A DNA stretch of 60,844 bases, the filler included, from Asterionella formosa (Eukaryota): NCBI GenBank assembly GCA_002256025.1. It is 10 parts of 10 records of this genome, joined end to end, with 100 filler letters (N's around TTAATTAATTAA, not from the genome) between each part and the next. Parts side by side here need not be neighbours in the genome. Positions count along the whole stretch, not along the records: positions 24,435 to 30,434 come from NKIB01012861.1; positions 30,535 to 36,524 come from NKIB01012862.1; positions 36,625 to 42,608 come from NKIB01012864.1; 7 more parts are not named here. One strand, written 5' to 3'. A model generated the notes under the pieces. It ran no database searches and was not told where the DNA came from. It worked only from the letters and a program-made list of their open reading frames with translations. The translations under genes were made by a program, and so were the position numbers. This document shows, piece after piece, positions 25,978 to 40,387 of the stretch (positions are counted from its first letter, which is position 1; each line of letters starts with the position of its first letter).

Positions 25978-26899
25978 ACATAATTTGCTCAACGGCAAAA
26001 CACATATATGAATTAGAAGTATGCCAACATGTATGCTCATGGCTCTTGTTTATATGTTGATAATGAATCTCCGTTGCTGTATGTGGTTTCAATATCACTC
26101 CATGCACAAAGGTATATACCGGTATGTAAATCAGTACCGGAGTCCCAGAGTAACGGTATTTCGGTACTCGGAGCACCAGGTAGTACATAATATTGGTTCA
26201 TCATGATGGATGACAGGATGTACTACCGATAGTACCGGTACTGATTTTACCAACCAGTATTCAGTACATCTAATATGTGTGGCTCAAGTGTGGCTGGCGG
26301 GATTTTACAAGACCGGGATACTTCAGCGAATCTGAAGCAGGTGAATAAATTCAATTCAACCAATCAGAATATGTGTAGTGACGCGGGAACTTACCCTGGA
26401 GTCTTTTCGGACTGAGAATTATTCAGGGAAACATACCTAGGGACCTGGTTGTTGAATGGTGGTAGAATTGGAGGTCCTCATGGTACCTGGTACACTCGTG
26501 AAACACTGCAGACTGCGCCAGTTTCGTTTGCGTGTTCGTTTTATTAGAGGAGTCTGGTACATTTCATTAGGAAATGAGCACAATTGACTGCGCCCATATT
26601 TAATTAATAAATTATAGACTTGTTTGCACCTGGTACCTGGTACATGGTACCAGTACCCTAGTATCCTCATCATCATCCTTGCGCCACATAAATTGTAAAA
26701 TCATGCCAAAATCAAGGAAACCGCCATGATGAAGGTTGCTTCTGCATGGTCAGTTTGATATGATTATGACTCTTTCTGATCTTCTACTTCTCACACCTCG
26801 CTCTTACTCCTTTCTTAATTACAGCTTCTCATGAAAGAAAATTCAAGATTCAACGACGAATTGAGGTCGTTGTCAAGGTTGTTTTGCTGGCGCTTATCT

Positions 26900-28020
26900 T
26901 ACATTTAATTTCCCGGAATATTTCAAGACTTGCTTGCTCATATTCGAAAAGGCTTGCTCTTGCCAAAATAGGTATGCATATTGTTACATATCAATCAACC
27001 TCCTCAATACATTGATCGTCATCTCTTTCATCCTAGGAAAACTCCCCTGAAGAAATCCCATTCCCCATTCGGACGAATGTCTGACTGAAGTTGCTTGACG
27101 GTGGATACCAAAACTTTGTTCAAGGATTATCATTTGCATCAACATTATTTTGATGGGATTTCAGCATTGCATTTGAATTGTTCTTAGATGCAAATGCTGA
27201 ATCCACAACTACTTTTTTACCTGTATCCCTGTAAACTGTTTTAATCTGATCATAGATCGATGACCAAATTGCCATGGTGGAGTCATGTAGAACACCAGGT
27301 GCATTGAAATATGAGCATCGAATTTTGCCATCAGGCGAAAAAAAACCCAAGTTTGTGACATTGTAGTGTTCATGAGTCCATCCATTGTAGAAGTTGTTCT
27401 GCTGTGTTTCATTTCCAGCACGTTGCAGGCGGGTCAGTTTCAGACCATCCATAGCTCCCCAACAATTTGTTATAAGTGGGTATTTCTGATTGATCATGGT
27501 TGCAAACAAGGTGGCTTCGTCTGCAGTAGGCAGTTTCACAACGGCATCTTCATGTGTCAGCAGTACTTTTACAATCATTCACCTTGAAAACCTCAACCAA
27601 ACACTCAAAGAACCATGAGTTAATCCGAAAATAATCTGAAGAATCATATAGGAACCATGAGTCCTGGTCCATGCTAACCCAAGCGACTGATGGAACAGAG
27701 GTATCTTTGCCAACCTTTCTTTGTTGTTGAATTTCTAACAATGAAATCCGTATTTTTCCTACAGGGAATAAAGGAATAAAAACAAGGTTTGAACAGCTGG
27801 TGTAGGAGCTCGAAAGAAGCATAGTCAAACCCACACAAGGTAATCAGAGCATCATCATGCTCGCCATTGAACAAAGTCCAGAATGGACTTGATAATGGAT
27901 CCTGTAGTGCGTGGCGATGGATTTTGCCACTTCTTCTTCTGACCTCATCAACAGTCAAACTTTCCCTGAATGATGGCATCTTATTTACTGGTGGATAGCA
28001 CATTGCTACTAACAGTAGCA
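26900..28020 (-). pseudogene. PIF/Harbinger DDE transposase (DDE_Tnp_4), frameshifted
   Basis: NCWGAMDGLKL, FYNGWTHEHY, PDGKI...NAPGVLHDS, VVVDSAF, and SEWGMGFLQGSFPR in a shifted frame near 27030-27075. Confidence 0.88.
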
Positions 28021-28294
28021 GCCAATGTGATCATAATGTCGTCATCATCAGGAGATGAGATAAAAGTCAACATGGTCAGTGACCAACAATGATGAATATA
28101 TAGAACTCATGCATATAATGAACAAGAGGCAGCATAGCATACAAGAGGATGCATCGATATGCATGAAAATTTAACTGTTGAAAATTAAAGTTTGTAAGAG
28201 AGGTAATCTAAAATATCTCTATTATCAGAGCGCAAGGACCGTGCCAGTCCTTTGAGTACCCTAGACTGTCCTTACCTTCCCACTCTACGGTTAA

Positions 28295-29365
28295 GGTTCT
28301 TGCATTTCAACCCTAAGGCAAAAATTAAAATATTGCTTAGGATTGCCGAAATTCCCTGGAACTAAGAATTTATATGACCTATTTTTGAATGACATGATTC
28401 CGTTTGAAATATTCAAATCAGTGGAAATTTGCGCGTACGTACATAGATTCCTTTTTGAAATAGCTAAATATATATATAGAAATTGTACATCACTGTGTGC
28501 ATATGTACCAACGACTATTGTTCTTATATACGACCCGGCGGCTCGGCAAATATTTGAAAGTGCAATCCACGAGTGGTACCAGGTACCACACATATGATGT
28601 CCAATGATGATCATATACTGGTACCTGGTCCCCGCATTGGCTATAGTACCAGGTACCTGGTACCGGCCTACGGTACACCCAAGGAAATGTTACATGTGTA
28701 TCCAGTGTGGCCGGTGTGGGTTTGCAATTCCTCACACAATCAAACGGAAGTAAGTATTTCGCAATAGCCAATCAGTACATATATAATACTGCGCGCACTT
28801 ACAATGGAAGTTTTGGTACAGGAAATTTTACGACTAAATATTGCATCACAAGATTCTGATTCAGATGATGACGTTTCGGCGCTAAGTGGTTCAGCTTCCG
28901 ATATTTTGGAGACCGTAGAAAAGGCCGATTTTGTCGAATTTTCGGACGACGATAGCTCAACGTTGGCTGGGCCTGAAGCCGATTCAGATACATAGGTAAC
29001 CTTCAAATAGTAGCATCAGTATATAAAATCTGGTGAGAAACTGTAGAAAGGAACTTCGGTTTTTTTACTATACCATATAAAGTGATTTCCCCCGAAATTT
29101 CTAGTCCTTATAGCATAGTTTAAAAACCGAAGTTCCTTTCTGCAGTTTCTCGCCAGATCCTATATCCTGACAATATATAGCGTTGCCCTATACCCCTACT
29201 TTGGTCAATGACTGTATCTAAGCATATGGAAAGGGTGTATTTTGGTGAAAGCTCCGTAAAGCGATACACATTTATGTTTTAGTCGTACGAAGTGTGTGTT
29301 TGAGTTCTCTGACTTAATATTTTTTTTTAACCCTACCTCTAAACTAGGGTTGAAATGCAGGAACC
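28295..29365. mobile_element. Non-autonomous TIR DNA transposon flanked by TTAA (Kolobok-like ends)
   Basis: 21-bp TIRs ggttcttgcatttcaacccta (28295-28315) and tagggttgaaatgcaggaacc (29345-29365) with one mismatch; TTAA on both sides; short acidic ORF remnant at 28804-28995. Confidence 0.8.
29028..29158. repeat. Inverted repeat with 37-bp arms and 57-bp spacer
   Basis: atctggtgagaaactgtagaaaggaacttcggttttt pairs with aaaaaccgaagttcctttctgcagtttctcgccagat, two transition mismatches. Confidence 0.9.
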
Positions 29366-32300
29366 TTAATTAATCACTTTTACTATGAAATACCGATATT
29401 CCGTAACAGGTAGAGTACCAGGTAGTACATATGTACTCGCAGCATCATATAAAAGAATTTATCAAAAATTAATCCCAAGCAGTACATATGCTTAGGAGGA
29501 GGATCAGTAAGTTTCGGGATACAAGTTGCAATGAAAAAACGCGCAACTCTGATTCAATGATATGCCTGTATGTAGATCTAATACAGATCAAACAACAAAG
29601 AACATTTAATTGCATCTTCAGCTACATAAGTATAAAAGTTTGTTCACGATCGGACAAATGCCTCGACCGCGAATTGTGTTGCGAATGGAAAACGAACCAT
29701 CAGGGACGAAAATTCTTATTGGGCTCACCACGACAGTACATAGACAATAGGTATACGGTTTACCGTACTACAGTTACGACGGTGTACACCTGGTCACCAG
29801 GTACCAGGTACCGGTACCTGTACTCCCTCACCACTGATTTTTGGTAGAGCTAGTCGTGTAACTGACCTACTGATGTTCAGTACACCATGTACCAGGGAAG
29901 GTCCGGTAAAACACGTTTTATTCTTAAGACAAGACTATGCTAAATATCTCGATTACCGGACCTTCCACTGTGCACCTTTTGGTACCTGGAGTACCTGGTA
30001 CCGTTAGTTACTATGTACCTTGGAGTACGCAGAAATGGTGGTGCTGTTAGGTCTCCATGTATGCAGGCAGGGAGCTGTATCATGAGCCGGTTTGTTGCAT
30101 GTATATAGATAGGCGGAAATTAAAATGGGCCCAACTGAATTCTTTGTCGAAAAGTGTCGAGTATCAGTAAAAGAAAAAGGTGATCTACCGGGTGTCTTGT
30201 TTACCTGTACAGAATTGCATAAGTATCTTTAGAGAGTCCAGGGACGGGCCAACAAATCTCATGACCTCTGCTCGATTCGGGAAAAGTCTCCCTCCATTTG
30301 CCAGTTCTTACGAATTCTTGTCTCACTATCATACGGCTTCCTAGTACAGTTCTCTACGGAACGTACCCTGGTAAGTCTGCGTATCTATCATTTGAAGGTC
30401 CTCGATGGTCCATCATTTCTCATTATCATTCCTTNNNNNNNNNNNNNNNNNNNNNNNNNNNNNNNNNNNNNNNNNNNNTTAATTAATTAANNNNNNNNNN
30501 NNNNNNNNNNNNNNNNNNNNNNNNNNNNNNNNNNCGGAGTAGCATAATTTCGCTTTTATACTGTCGCAATGGCTAGTTGGTCAACATATATTGTCACAAA
30601 CACACATAATTATTGGTGTGATCACATAATTATTCGATAAATGAAATGAATTTTTGTTTAATGCGAATAAATTAGGGAAAAAGTAACATATATATTTCAA
30701 GAAAGGAACATAATATTTCAAAAAAGTAGCATAAATACGTCACTTTAGACATAAATTCGAAAAAGTGCCATAAACGGCGTCTTAGATTTATTTCCACCAC
30801 AGTCATTCCTCTCCGCCCACCAAACAGGGCAACCCTGATCATTCCGTTCTGAGCAAGCATTATCGCCATGCTGCTCCAGCACTATTGACTCTCTCTAGCT
30901 GAGTATTCATGTAGCTTCTGATACGAACTTGCAGTAGAAATGTAGCAAAGCGCGTTAATACAAGAAAAGCATTGCTTGGCGGCAATATTGACATCATTGT
31001 CAACGACTATACAAATCAACAACGGCACAATACCACATCTTCAATGAGTAGTCATTGATAAATGCATTGGCTCTTATGTAGTTATGTACAATCGAAACAA
31101 AACGACAGTGCGTAACGACAAACAACGATGGAAGCAATCAAAACAAACCACGGAAGCAATCAAATCGGTAAGTCGATAAATACGATCTACAATCCACATT
31201 CAGTGTTTCACTTTTGTACTTACCAATCCGCTTCAACTAGCATAACAAGCAGCAGACGATGGGATAAAAGAAAGACGAACGTTGCCTATTGCAAGCCCGA
31301 ATAGAGCAAAGGCAGGCAAGATAGAGTGAGAACTATATTTGTGAGGACGAAATCGGGCATACGGTAGTACGTAAAATCAATGAATATGTGAACGATATAA
31401 TTCAACATTTCAGGTCTCGTAAAAATAATACCGAGTCTACAGAGATAATTTTATTACGTGTTCGAAGTAAGCGTTAAAGCATAGCTTAAACCATGCATGG
31501 TTGTTTTTAGTACCTCGTACGTATGTAGACTAGATGACTGCCGGTACCGGTAGAATATCCGTTAAGCATCATTACATACATGACCGGAGCAAAAACTTGC
31601 CGCCAACATCAGATGTACATCATCGTTCGTCCGACGAAAAATGGACGATGCGACTACATGAATGCCTCGAGAAGACGACAAGCAATCCAACAATCAACCG
31701 CATCCGTTAGGCAAAGAATCGCTACTGGCGTCATCGCGGAACTGATTTCGTTTCAAACCGGTCATGATGGACGACAATTGGCATGGTGAAAGGTGAATTG
31801 CCGGAGTCCACTTTTCAGGAGACGAACAAAAACGAGGTGAATTCTAAATAGAAATTACAAAATCAGAATAGTATATAAAATGGTTTCCTTAAGTAGACCC
31901 CTTGCCGATTTTGGCAATCCCAGGGCTGGAAACAAACCGAGGGGCAATTGGCGTCTGTTGTCTTGCCAAAATGCGAACATATGAAATATACAACATGTGT
32001 TTTAATGATGGGCAATATCGGACCTTTGGCAATTTTCGAGGTGAAGATAGGAAATATACAAAATATATTTTATATGATGGGCAATAGTAGGCTAAAATTG
32101 ACATTTATGCTAAATTTGTGGGCAGTAGGTAAGCGAATGACGCGACGATAGCTAGAGCGGGAATTGCCTCAACAATACCCTTCTCGGCGGCTTCTTGCCT
32201 TCTCGTATACATGTGTACTCGATTGGGATGGCACTCGTAGGGTGACCTTCTCGCAGCGCTGGGGTTGCCACTCGTACGGTCAACCTACTCGCGCCACCCA

Positions 32301-32425
32301 GCATCGAACACATGTATACTCGCAGGCAAGAGACCACCTCGGGTGTGTATTGCCTTCAGCAAGTATGAATGTTATTGTAGTTCGTCCACTCAGGTACTAC
32401 AAGGTAATAGATCTAATTATAACTA

Positions 32426-35113
32426 TGGCTGGGTGCACCCTGTAACGAACCCTTCGACTTACCCACCCACCCAACCTTCTTTCTTTCAATTAGTTCTTTG
32501 GTTTCAATGGCATTCTTTGCTCATAGTTCGACTAACTCTCTTTTGCTTTTCCCTTTCGTGTTTACTCCTTTGCTCAGCAGTTCCATTGTCAATGACAGCC
32601 TATTTCGGTCACCATTTTTTGTCCCAATCACAACATCATGGCGACATTATTCAGCTTGAGTAGGGGTGAGCCAAAATAGACACTGATCTGATTGTAGAAA
32701 AGTAAGGCATTGAGTATCGCCTGGATGTAGAATTGAATTGTTAGTTCCCAGGTATCCTTGTACTGTTTCTATTTTCGTTTCTCTCATCAACGTTTTCCTT
32801 CCTCCAATGACTTGTTCATTCGGGTTGCATTAAGACCATCAGGGCGTTGCTTTGAGTGACCAGATGATTGGTCGAAGAGGAATACAAAATGGTAAGTGGG
32901 GTGTAGTATCTCTTGAAGACATCTACACAATCTTCGAACTGACACACCATGTGTCCATAATTCCAGTATCCCTCCTTACTCTCTCCATACTCAGAGTAAA
33001 CCAGAAAAGGAGATTTCTTTAGACCTTTTTTAGAGCACTTCCATAGACTTCTATAGCAGCTTCTTCGTCAGCATACTTAGAATGTAGTCTAGAATGATTG
33101 AATTGAGTTAGAAGATTAATGTCTAGTTCCCTAATCAGTCCATGTTCTCGAAAGATCAGGGAACTAATAATTAAACCGTAGCCCTGATGTTAAGGTAGAA
33201 GTGGTCTCTCACCACTAGGTCCAGTCCACATCTTAGATGGCAGGAGGAATTGCCTGAAGATGGCCTCATCTTGGCCGAAAAAACAACCACAGGGTCATTG
33301 AGACACTTCCTGACACTTAGGTTGCCGCCATACTGAACATCTGGCATTTTCCCAACATAATCAACATGATTTTCTACCATGTCTTCACCAGAACTGCTGT
33401 AGTGACAGCCTGTATCTTTTGCTACATAACCTTGTACCTCTAGTATCTTAGACTCATCAATACTGAACTGAATCCATCTGTGTGCCTGTACCTCCAAATC
33501 AAGATACCTCTTTGTATATGCTGGTCTGTACTCCAAAGTTGCGGCCTTCTCATGACAATCAACAAAATAGTGTTTGGCTCTTTTTTGGTAACTGAACCCA
33601 ACAACATGCATTCAGCGTACAATTGTAGACATGGATATACACTTCAATCCATATCTCCTTAGATAAGATTCCTTTGTTGCTGCAGTCACGGAAATTTTCT
33701 CCAAATTGTTGTTTCTTGATGTGTCTTAGTCAAATGCCTGTCCCAGATTCTTCATTGTTGCTGGAATCAAGCTATCATGCACATAGCTATGCATCAATTC
33801 GATGGAAAACTCGTTCAAGTGACACACTATGTATCTTTTGAATGCATCCATAGCATCTGGGTGCTCCCGGAAAAATGGTGGCATTAATTGATTGGCAGAT
33901 GGTGCCTTCAAGAAAGTATCGTTGAACCTAGTAACAATTCGACGATGCCATGATCGCTGTAAAAGTTGCCAGTTAGTGTAGACTTCAACACCAACATTGT
34001 TCATTTTACTCATAAATTGCATGATGCACTTCTTCCATGTCCATCTCATTCCAGTTTATTCTTCATTTACAAACTTGTGCAATGCAATCACCAAATATAT
34101 GCATCTTTGTCGAATCATAAATATATCATTAGAGCTGCATGCATTTCCCTTATCCCCTTCCTCAACAACAAGTCTCCAATTGCTTGAATTCTGATTCACC
34201 AACTCAAGTAGTTCAATTCTGTCCATGACGATGTCCTTCACATTGCAATTATTGTTGTATTTGCCAAATGGCGCAAAAAAAGCCAGGCATTGCCAGAAGT
34301 CCACCAATCGACAAATCCAGGAACATGTGGTTGATTTCTATCATGAAGTGAGTCAGAACGACGATAATCATCTGCTGTATTGTCACTATTCCTTGCTTCT
34401 TCACCAAAGTCGCATTTTCTTTTATTGGCAGAAGGTGTCATCACCTTTGTGAAAATTTCATCAATGACTGCATTGCCATCCTTATCCCACCACACAATCG
34501 CCTTGCAACGCATGCATCCACCCACAAAGATGCATTCTTTCCAGATGGAAACTTGGGCTTAACTCCTCCTTTCATTGTCAGGTACACAAACTCACGCCAA
34601 CCACTTCCTTTCTCACGATGACCATGCGAATACATTTCAATCAGAAGATTTTCCGCCAGAACCACTTTATTTGCCTCTCTTCCTGTCTTTCCATGAAATT
34701 TAAAAATCGTTCTTGTCAACATAGTCTTGGTGAACTTCATGTCATCTTCGACATTGAATCTCAGGTGCACGTGGTCACACAGCAGCTCGATTGGAATCCA
34801 TTTCTGTTTGTAGGAACTTTCGGAACAGATAACATTAAAATAGCTCAAAATTAAAATGAGAATATGTGCCCTTTCGGGTTCCATCAACTCTTTCAATTGT
34901 TAGTACAGACGATTGTGAATCTCGAACCGGAGTTGGATCTGCAAGATTGCAATGTGGTCGTATAACGAAAAGCGACTGGTCAATGATGGCCATTGTGTAG
35001 GTAAAACAACAAGCTTTTTTGCGCATTATCATAAATTCTAGAAGGGTCAGGGTTATCCATTGTACTAGGTGTACATGATCCTACCCAATGTCCTCAAAAA
35101 TTGCACCCAGCCA
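32426..35113 (-). mobile_element. IS630/Tc1/mariner-like DNA transposon with decayed transposase
   Basis: TA|tggctgggtgca...tgcacccagcca|TA termini. Internal frameshifted transposase (about 32650-34900) with GFSYQKRAKHYFVDCHE, YGGNLSVR, QDEAIFRQ, EGYWNYGHMVCQFEDCVD and FVFLFDQSSGHSKQRPDGL; C-terminus appears deleted. Confidence 0.85.
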
Positions 35114-36624
35114 TACTGGGCGGCATATGTAGAACAAAGCTGTGGTCATTTTGCTGAATTTGATAACGTGATAAAGGAATGGAGCCTAAGTTCTTCACAC
35201 TACGCACTCCGAAATAGAAGAAGTCACTTTCAACAATTCCCATAGTCAAAATTTTTCCAGTTCTCCGGGTTTGTTATTAAAGCTAAAACTTGTTTTCGTA
35301 GTTTCCCGAAGATTTTGATGAGGCCATCAAGAACATGAGAGAATGGGCTTGGGACAAGTAGAACGAAATATCGGAAACTGTGTCACGATTTTAGATAGTT
35401 GGATATGAGAAGCCTGGCAGGCGATGGCCAGGTTGAAATGTAGGAGGAAGCCATGAGGAAGTGAAAGGATTTTTGGTGACATCCAGAGACTGCAGGGTAC
35501 TATGTAGCCAGGATGATTCAAGGTATTTGGACGAGGGGCGGTTAGGGAAGTGGGAGTGTCTCAAGGGGGATGTGAAGAGGGGAGAGTAAGGGTGTGACAC
35601 TTGAAGTATGCACCAGGCCAAGCTTGACCAGCGCTGATTGCTTTTTCTAGTTGAGTCTTGAGTGTTGCTGGCTGTTGTTTGGAGCATAGGGAAGGTGGGA
35701 TGGTGAGATCATCAACATCCACAGGAAAGTCGCTTTCAGGCAGGGCACAGGAGCGGCGCTGGCGGAAAGCGCCATGGAGGAGCAACAAGCAGTCAGCAGG
35801 AGAAGCGTAGACCCGGAAAGTTTAAAGTTGCATTGTTGAAAATGTAACCCATAAATATACATATTAACTACCAGCACAGGTAATTCAAGGCTAGCTATTT
35901 TTCCTCACAGTAAAAACCCTTAATTATGTAAGCAACAAAATATCTGCAACTAAAAAGGAGAGGACCTATTACAAACATATGGGTAATGGCAAGTAAGAGT
36001 TGAAAGGGTTTCTTGCAAGCAATTTGTTGATTTGATGTAAATATTAAGGATCTGATTGATTCCAATGAACATTGTATGTTTCTCATTGTTTAATCATGTC
36101 CCCAAATGGTAGATGCTCTGTGCTACTCTATATGTTTCATTTTGATTGAGGTTAAAAAATGTAGAACTTTCCATTTTACATCACAAGTATAAAGTGGGGG
36201 TGACGGCAAGTGTAATTGACCCATTGAATGCGAGAGTTATCTCATTCTGGAATGTAATGGTGTAGAATGCGGATATTTATCAATGTTGAGGAGAACAGGG
36301 GAATATCTTTCCATAGAGCGTTGCTGGATGGCTCCACTATAGCGACTCTTTCATCTCAGTACCGTTTCAACTTCTATTCTTAAAAAAAGTCAAATGTGCA
36401 TACATGCCATTTGCATAGTGGTCGTTAACATGACGTAGGCTTGCGCAATGTGGATGAGGATGTCAGTATTGCGTCTACGGGAGAAGATGACCGTATAGGC
36501 GATTCGGAACCATTTGATTCGTCCNNNNNNNNNNNNNNNNNNNNNNNNNNNNNNNNNNNNNNNNNNNNTTAATTAATTAANNNNNNNNNNNNNNNNNNNN
36601 NNNNNNNNNNNNNNNNNNNNNNNN

Positions 36625-36667
<43 letters not shown>
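36625..36667. repeat. (TC)n microsatellite at contig start
   Basis: About 21 TC units. Confidence 0.95.
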
Positions 36668-36669
<2 letters not shown>

Positions 36670-37599
36670 TCCTTCTGATACCACGCATCAAATATCTTGT
36701 CAAGTTTTCTCCAACCCTGCTTCAAAGATCATGTGTGTCATCTTCTGTACTTATTTTCTCCCTCACTCAATGCCAGATGCTATCTCACTTTCATCCACCA
36801 TACTCGAAGAGTCACATGGGCTCCTTGCCTGCCTCACATATATTCACAGGCATTCTTAAAAGACAAGTCTCCTCCATCCTCTAAGAGCCGCATGGGGCTC
36901 CTCGCCCAGATCCAATGTCCTCCATCTACAAACCTGGTCCTCTGGGCCAAAGTGCGACCCAACAAACTCCACAATAGTTGCGGCTCTTTAACGCATACTT
37001 TAAAATTTTCTCAGCAACTATAATAATTTTTTCCATCGCCATATTTTACCATCTCAGTGAACAGTCATCAATGTCGGCTACTTCCAACAACCAGTCACTT
37101 GTCCTTCCTTGCACGGTGGTTACAAAATGGAACAACACTCCTCCTCTGTATCCTGGCAGCAAAGGATCATCAGGTAGCGGATCATTGCAAAGCTCAAGGC
37201 TTTCACGTAACCAAGGACCTCCCGGAATCACAGAGAACATTGAGCCTGATGAATCTGTTGCAAGGCGCCTCCTCCTTCCCTTGCACATTGAAGAAAATCA
37301 GTTTTTATTTGGATCTTGTGCTTTTGCAACAGGTACGAAAAGCAGTACATTCCTGCCTCCTGCCTCTTTGGAAACACTCCCATTAGATTTCCATGACCCT
37401 GCTCTTTAAAAATTATGTAATGTCGGTATGCCCTCTACCAAACACCATACAGATTTTTTCAGTTGCCGATATCTGAAACTTGGATACAGAGGAGGAAGCA
37501 CAAACCACAGTCAAGTCTCTATGGTATAATACATTAAATAGCTAAGCGAGGCAACCACATGAAGAAAAGTGTATCAAGTTCCTCTGGTTCGAAACTTTC

Positions 37600-38990
37600 A
37601 ATTCAAACACGGTTGGATACATCTTACGTCATAACAAGTTTTATCGGAAACTTATTGGGAAAATTTATCACCCCTAGGAAGGAAATGTCCCTTAGAAAAA
37701 CTATTGTACATTGTCGAAGTTCTGTGTGAATTTCGTACTATGTTATATGGTTATGATATCACCATTTTTACTGACCACAAGAATTTGACTTTTGCTAATC
37801 TTCACACCCAGCGTGCGAGTTTTCATCAAAAAATATGGTCCAAAATTTGCTTATGTGAAGGGTCCAGAAAATATTATTGCACATTTTTCATCCGAACCCC
37901 CCTCTCGGATGAGAAGGAAGCAAGCACCAGGTCGATATTGACCAGCACACACACATGATGTAAATGAAATACAGTATTTGGAATTTACTGATTTGTAATA
38001 TGCTTCTATCAATTTTTATTCAATAGAGCTGAATGATCAACTGCTGTTTGGAGAGCCTTATTCGTCTGAAGTGAAACTAGATGAATATTTGAATGTGAAT
38101 GCAGAAGATGAATGGACTCCAGTGAACTATTTAATGTTAATGAGAGAGGAGAGAGCAGCAATATGAGGAAGCATTATGGGGATTACCTTATGTGGATCGA
38201 AGGCGATATATTAATATCAAAGATTTGGTGAAGCAGAGGAATTGATAAAAGAGCAAGAGCAACAATTTCGTGGTTTCACGAAATATTGAATCATGCAGGT
38301 CGGGATAATTCGATTTCAACAATATTGAGAATTTTATATCATCCTCAGCTGCGCGAAAAGATTGAAAACTATGTGCAAAATTGTGAAACTTTTCAGAAAC
38401 ACAAACTACAGGGTAATGGACATGGACATCTATCTCCAAGAGAAGCGCTAGTTGCACCATGGTATGAAGTTGCCATACAGCAATTGGGCCTTGGGATATT
38501 GAATTGGCAAACCGTGGGATGCGCAAATTTCATGCTTTAATAATGGTTGATTCAGCAACTAACTTAGTGGAAATGCAACGAGTGGGTAGCTACAACAAGT
38601 GCTACAAACAAGGGTGGATGTAGGAAAAACATTTGAAATGATTTAGTTATTTAAGTATCGCAGACCAGTGAGAGTGATCCATGATCAAGGAACAGAATTC
38701 ATGGGAGATAATTTCCAAGTACTTTTACGTCAATGGGGTATAAGAAAATTTCCAATTAGTGTGAGGAGCCCACAAGCCAATGCAGTTTGTGAAAGAATGC
38801 ATCAAACTGTGAATATATCATATTACAAACTTTGATTTATAATAACAACCCCCCACAGGATGTACAAAATGCGGAAAATGTGATCATACGATTTGCAAAT
38901 GGCGGGATATACACTACGGACTGCAATGAGGAGAACACAACCGGAGGTTTGTCAGGAGCAGTAGTTCTTCATCGCTATATGCATCTGCAA
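37600..38990 (+). pseudogene. Decayed Ty3/Gypsy pol fragment (RNase H + integrase)
   Basis: [24 protein letters not shown] (RNase H); HEILNHAG...CETFQK (decayed HHCC); PWYEVAI, IHDQGTEF, SPQANAVCERMHQT (integrase core); many stops and frameshifts. Confidence 0.9.
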
Positions 38991-39051
38991 ATAAAAAGTA
39001 TCATGCATATAGGATCAAGGGTATCGTACGCTAGGTGGCACAGGATTTTCA

Positions 39052-40387
39052 CATATATGATAGTTTTAGGAACAAAACTATGGCATGATCAATTTATTCT
39101 ATAACTATGATGATTTATAAATATTTCACCAAACTTGAAGTATGATGATAATAAGAACATTATCATGATAAAGGGTACATCAACTGATCAACAACATTTC
39201 TTGTCAATGTCATAAACCTTCTCATTCTATTTTCACTTCTCGTGATCGCAAAAAATATATATTGTTACTACAACGCATCTTAAAATTAACTAAACTCTAT
39301 GCTATCATTTGAATTTTTTTATCGTATATCTATCTTAAACATGATCATAATTTTAATCACAATCATTGATCAAAATAGATTGGAATGGATCTTAATTTAA
39401 TTATCAAATTTAGCAATGATATTTCTGGTTCTACAGCTACCCAAGGAATGTTTTTCTCTACACTGCCTCATCTTAACGTATATTCCTGTCTCGCCCTTTT
39501 CTTTCTCTATTCTGAGTCTTGTGCCAGGTAGTGCTTAATGTGTCGTCTCTCTCCAAGCTGTTAGTGTCATTCTGAAATCGCCCATTATTCCGTTGTTTGA
39601 TTGGTTTTATTGTCCTATGCAGTTACACTAGTAAGAATGGGAAGGAATGACTTGTTATCTAGTCGTGTTACACTGACAAAACACCACGAAATTCCATCGT
39701 AACCTCTTGCTTCACTTATCACAAACCAACGCAAGCAACTGATGCATATGTCTGTAATAGTAAATGTTCAGTCAATTCTTGAAAAATTAAATATCAGGTA
39801 TCCAATGTTTTCGAATAAAACTTACCAATTCGTTTTCTTAAGCTTAACTTTGAAAGAAGTAAAACGCGTGCGCCAGTTATGTGCCAACAGCACTAGTGAA
39901 TAGGTCCAACGACAAGATAACTTACCGATTTTATTTTATTTTACATTGGTGCTCCTCAACAAGTGAAATGAGCTGTTGAATCAACTGTGAAGAAAGGAAT
40001 CATTTAGTTTACTCTTTGTTTTGTTATCCCAATGATTGTCATCCATGTACAACATTGATAGATTCATTAGCTTAAACATACTCAATCCTTCGAAGGCGCA
40101 ATGTTTTTCGTTGTTGCGTAAACTTTTCCTTGTCATATGCTACTACGATATTTCTTGTCACGAAGCAGGCATGGATTGTTAACATGTCAGAACGATTTCA
40201 AATATATTTCGCCCGCTATATAGTTAAAAATTTGTAAATCAATAAATTTATCAAGTTTCATACATTTATAAAATTCAAAGGGACTCTCAAGATGGCACAT
40301 CTGCTATTACACTGCTCATTTTTGCATATGCATGATTCGAAAATATTCAATGCATGATACGTCCATTGTTTTCCACGACTTCGTGGA
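39052..40387 (-). repeat. Diverged inverted homolog of 15757-17197 (and of the equivalent region in copy B)
   Basis: Colinear shared blocks on the minus strand: gtcgtggaaaac, atcatgcattg, aatcggtaagt, tttgtgataagtgaagcaaga (21/21), tatcatcatacttcaa, aaaactatcatatatgt. Confidence 0.8.

Noticed and set aside
28574..28667. CRISPR-like array from GGTACC repeats
   Set aside because: No constant 23-50-nt repeat with unique spacers, no cas genes, eukaryotic context.
35300..37410. Possible non-LTR retrotransposon remnants on either side of a linker
   Set aside because: Composition is suggestive but I found no RT or endonuclease motif.
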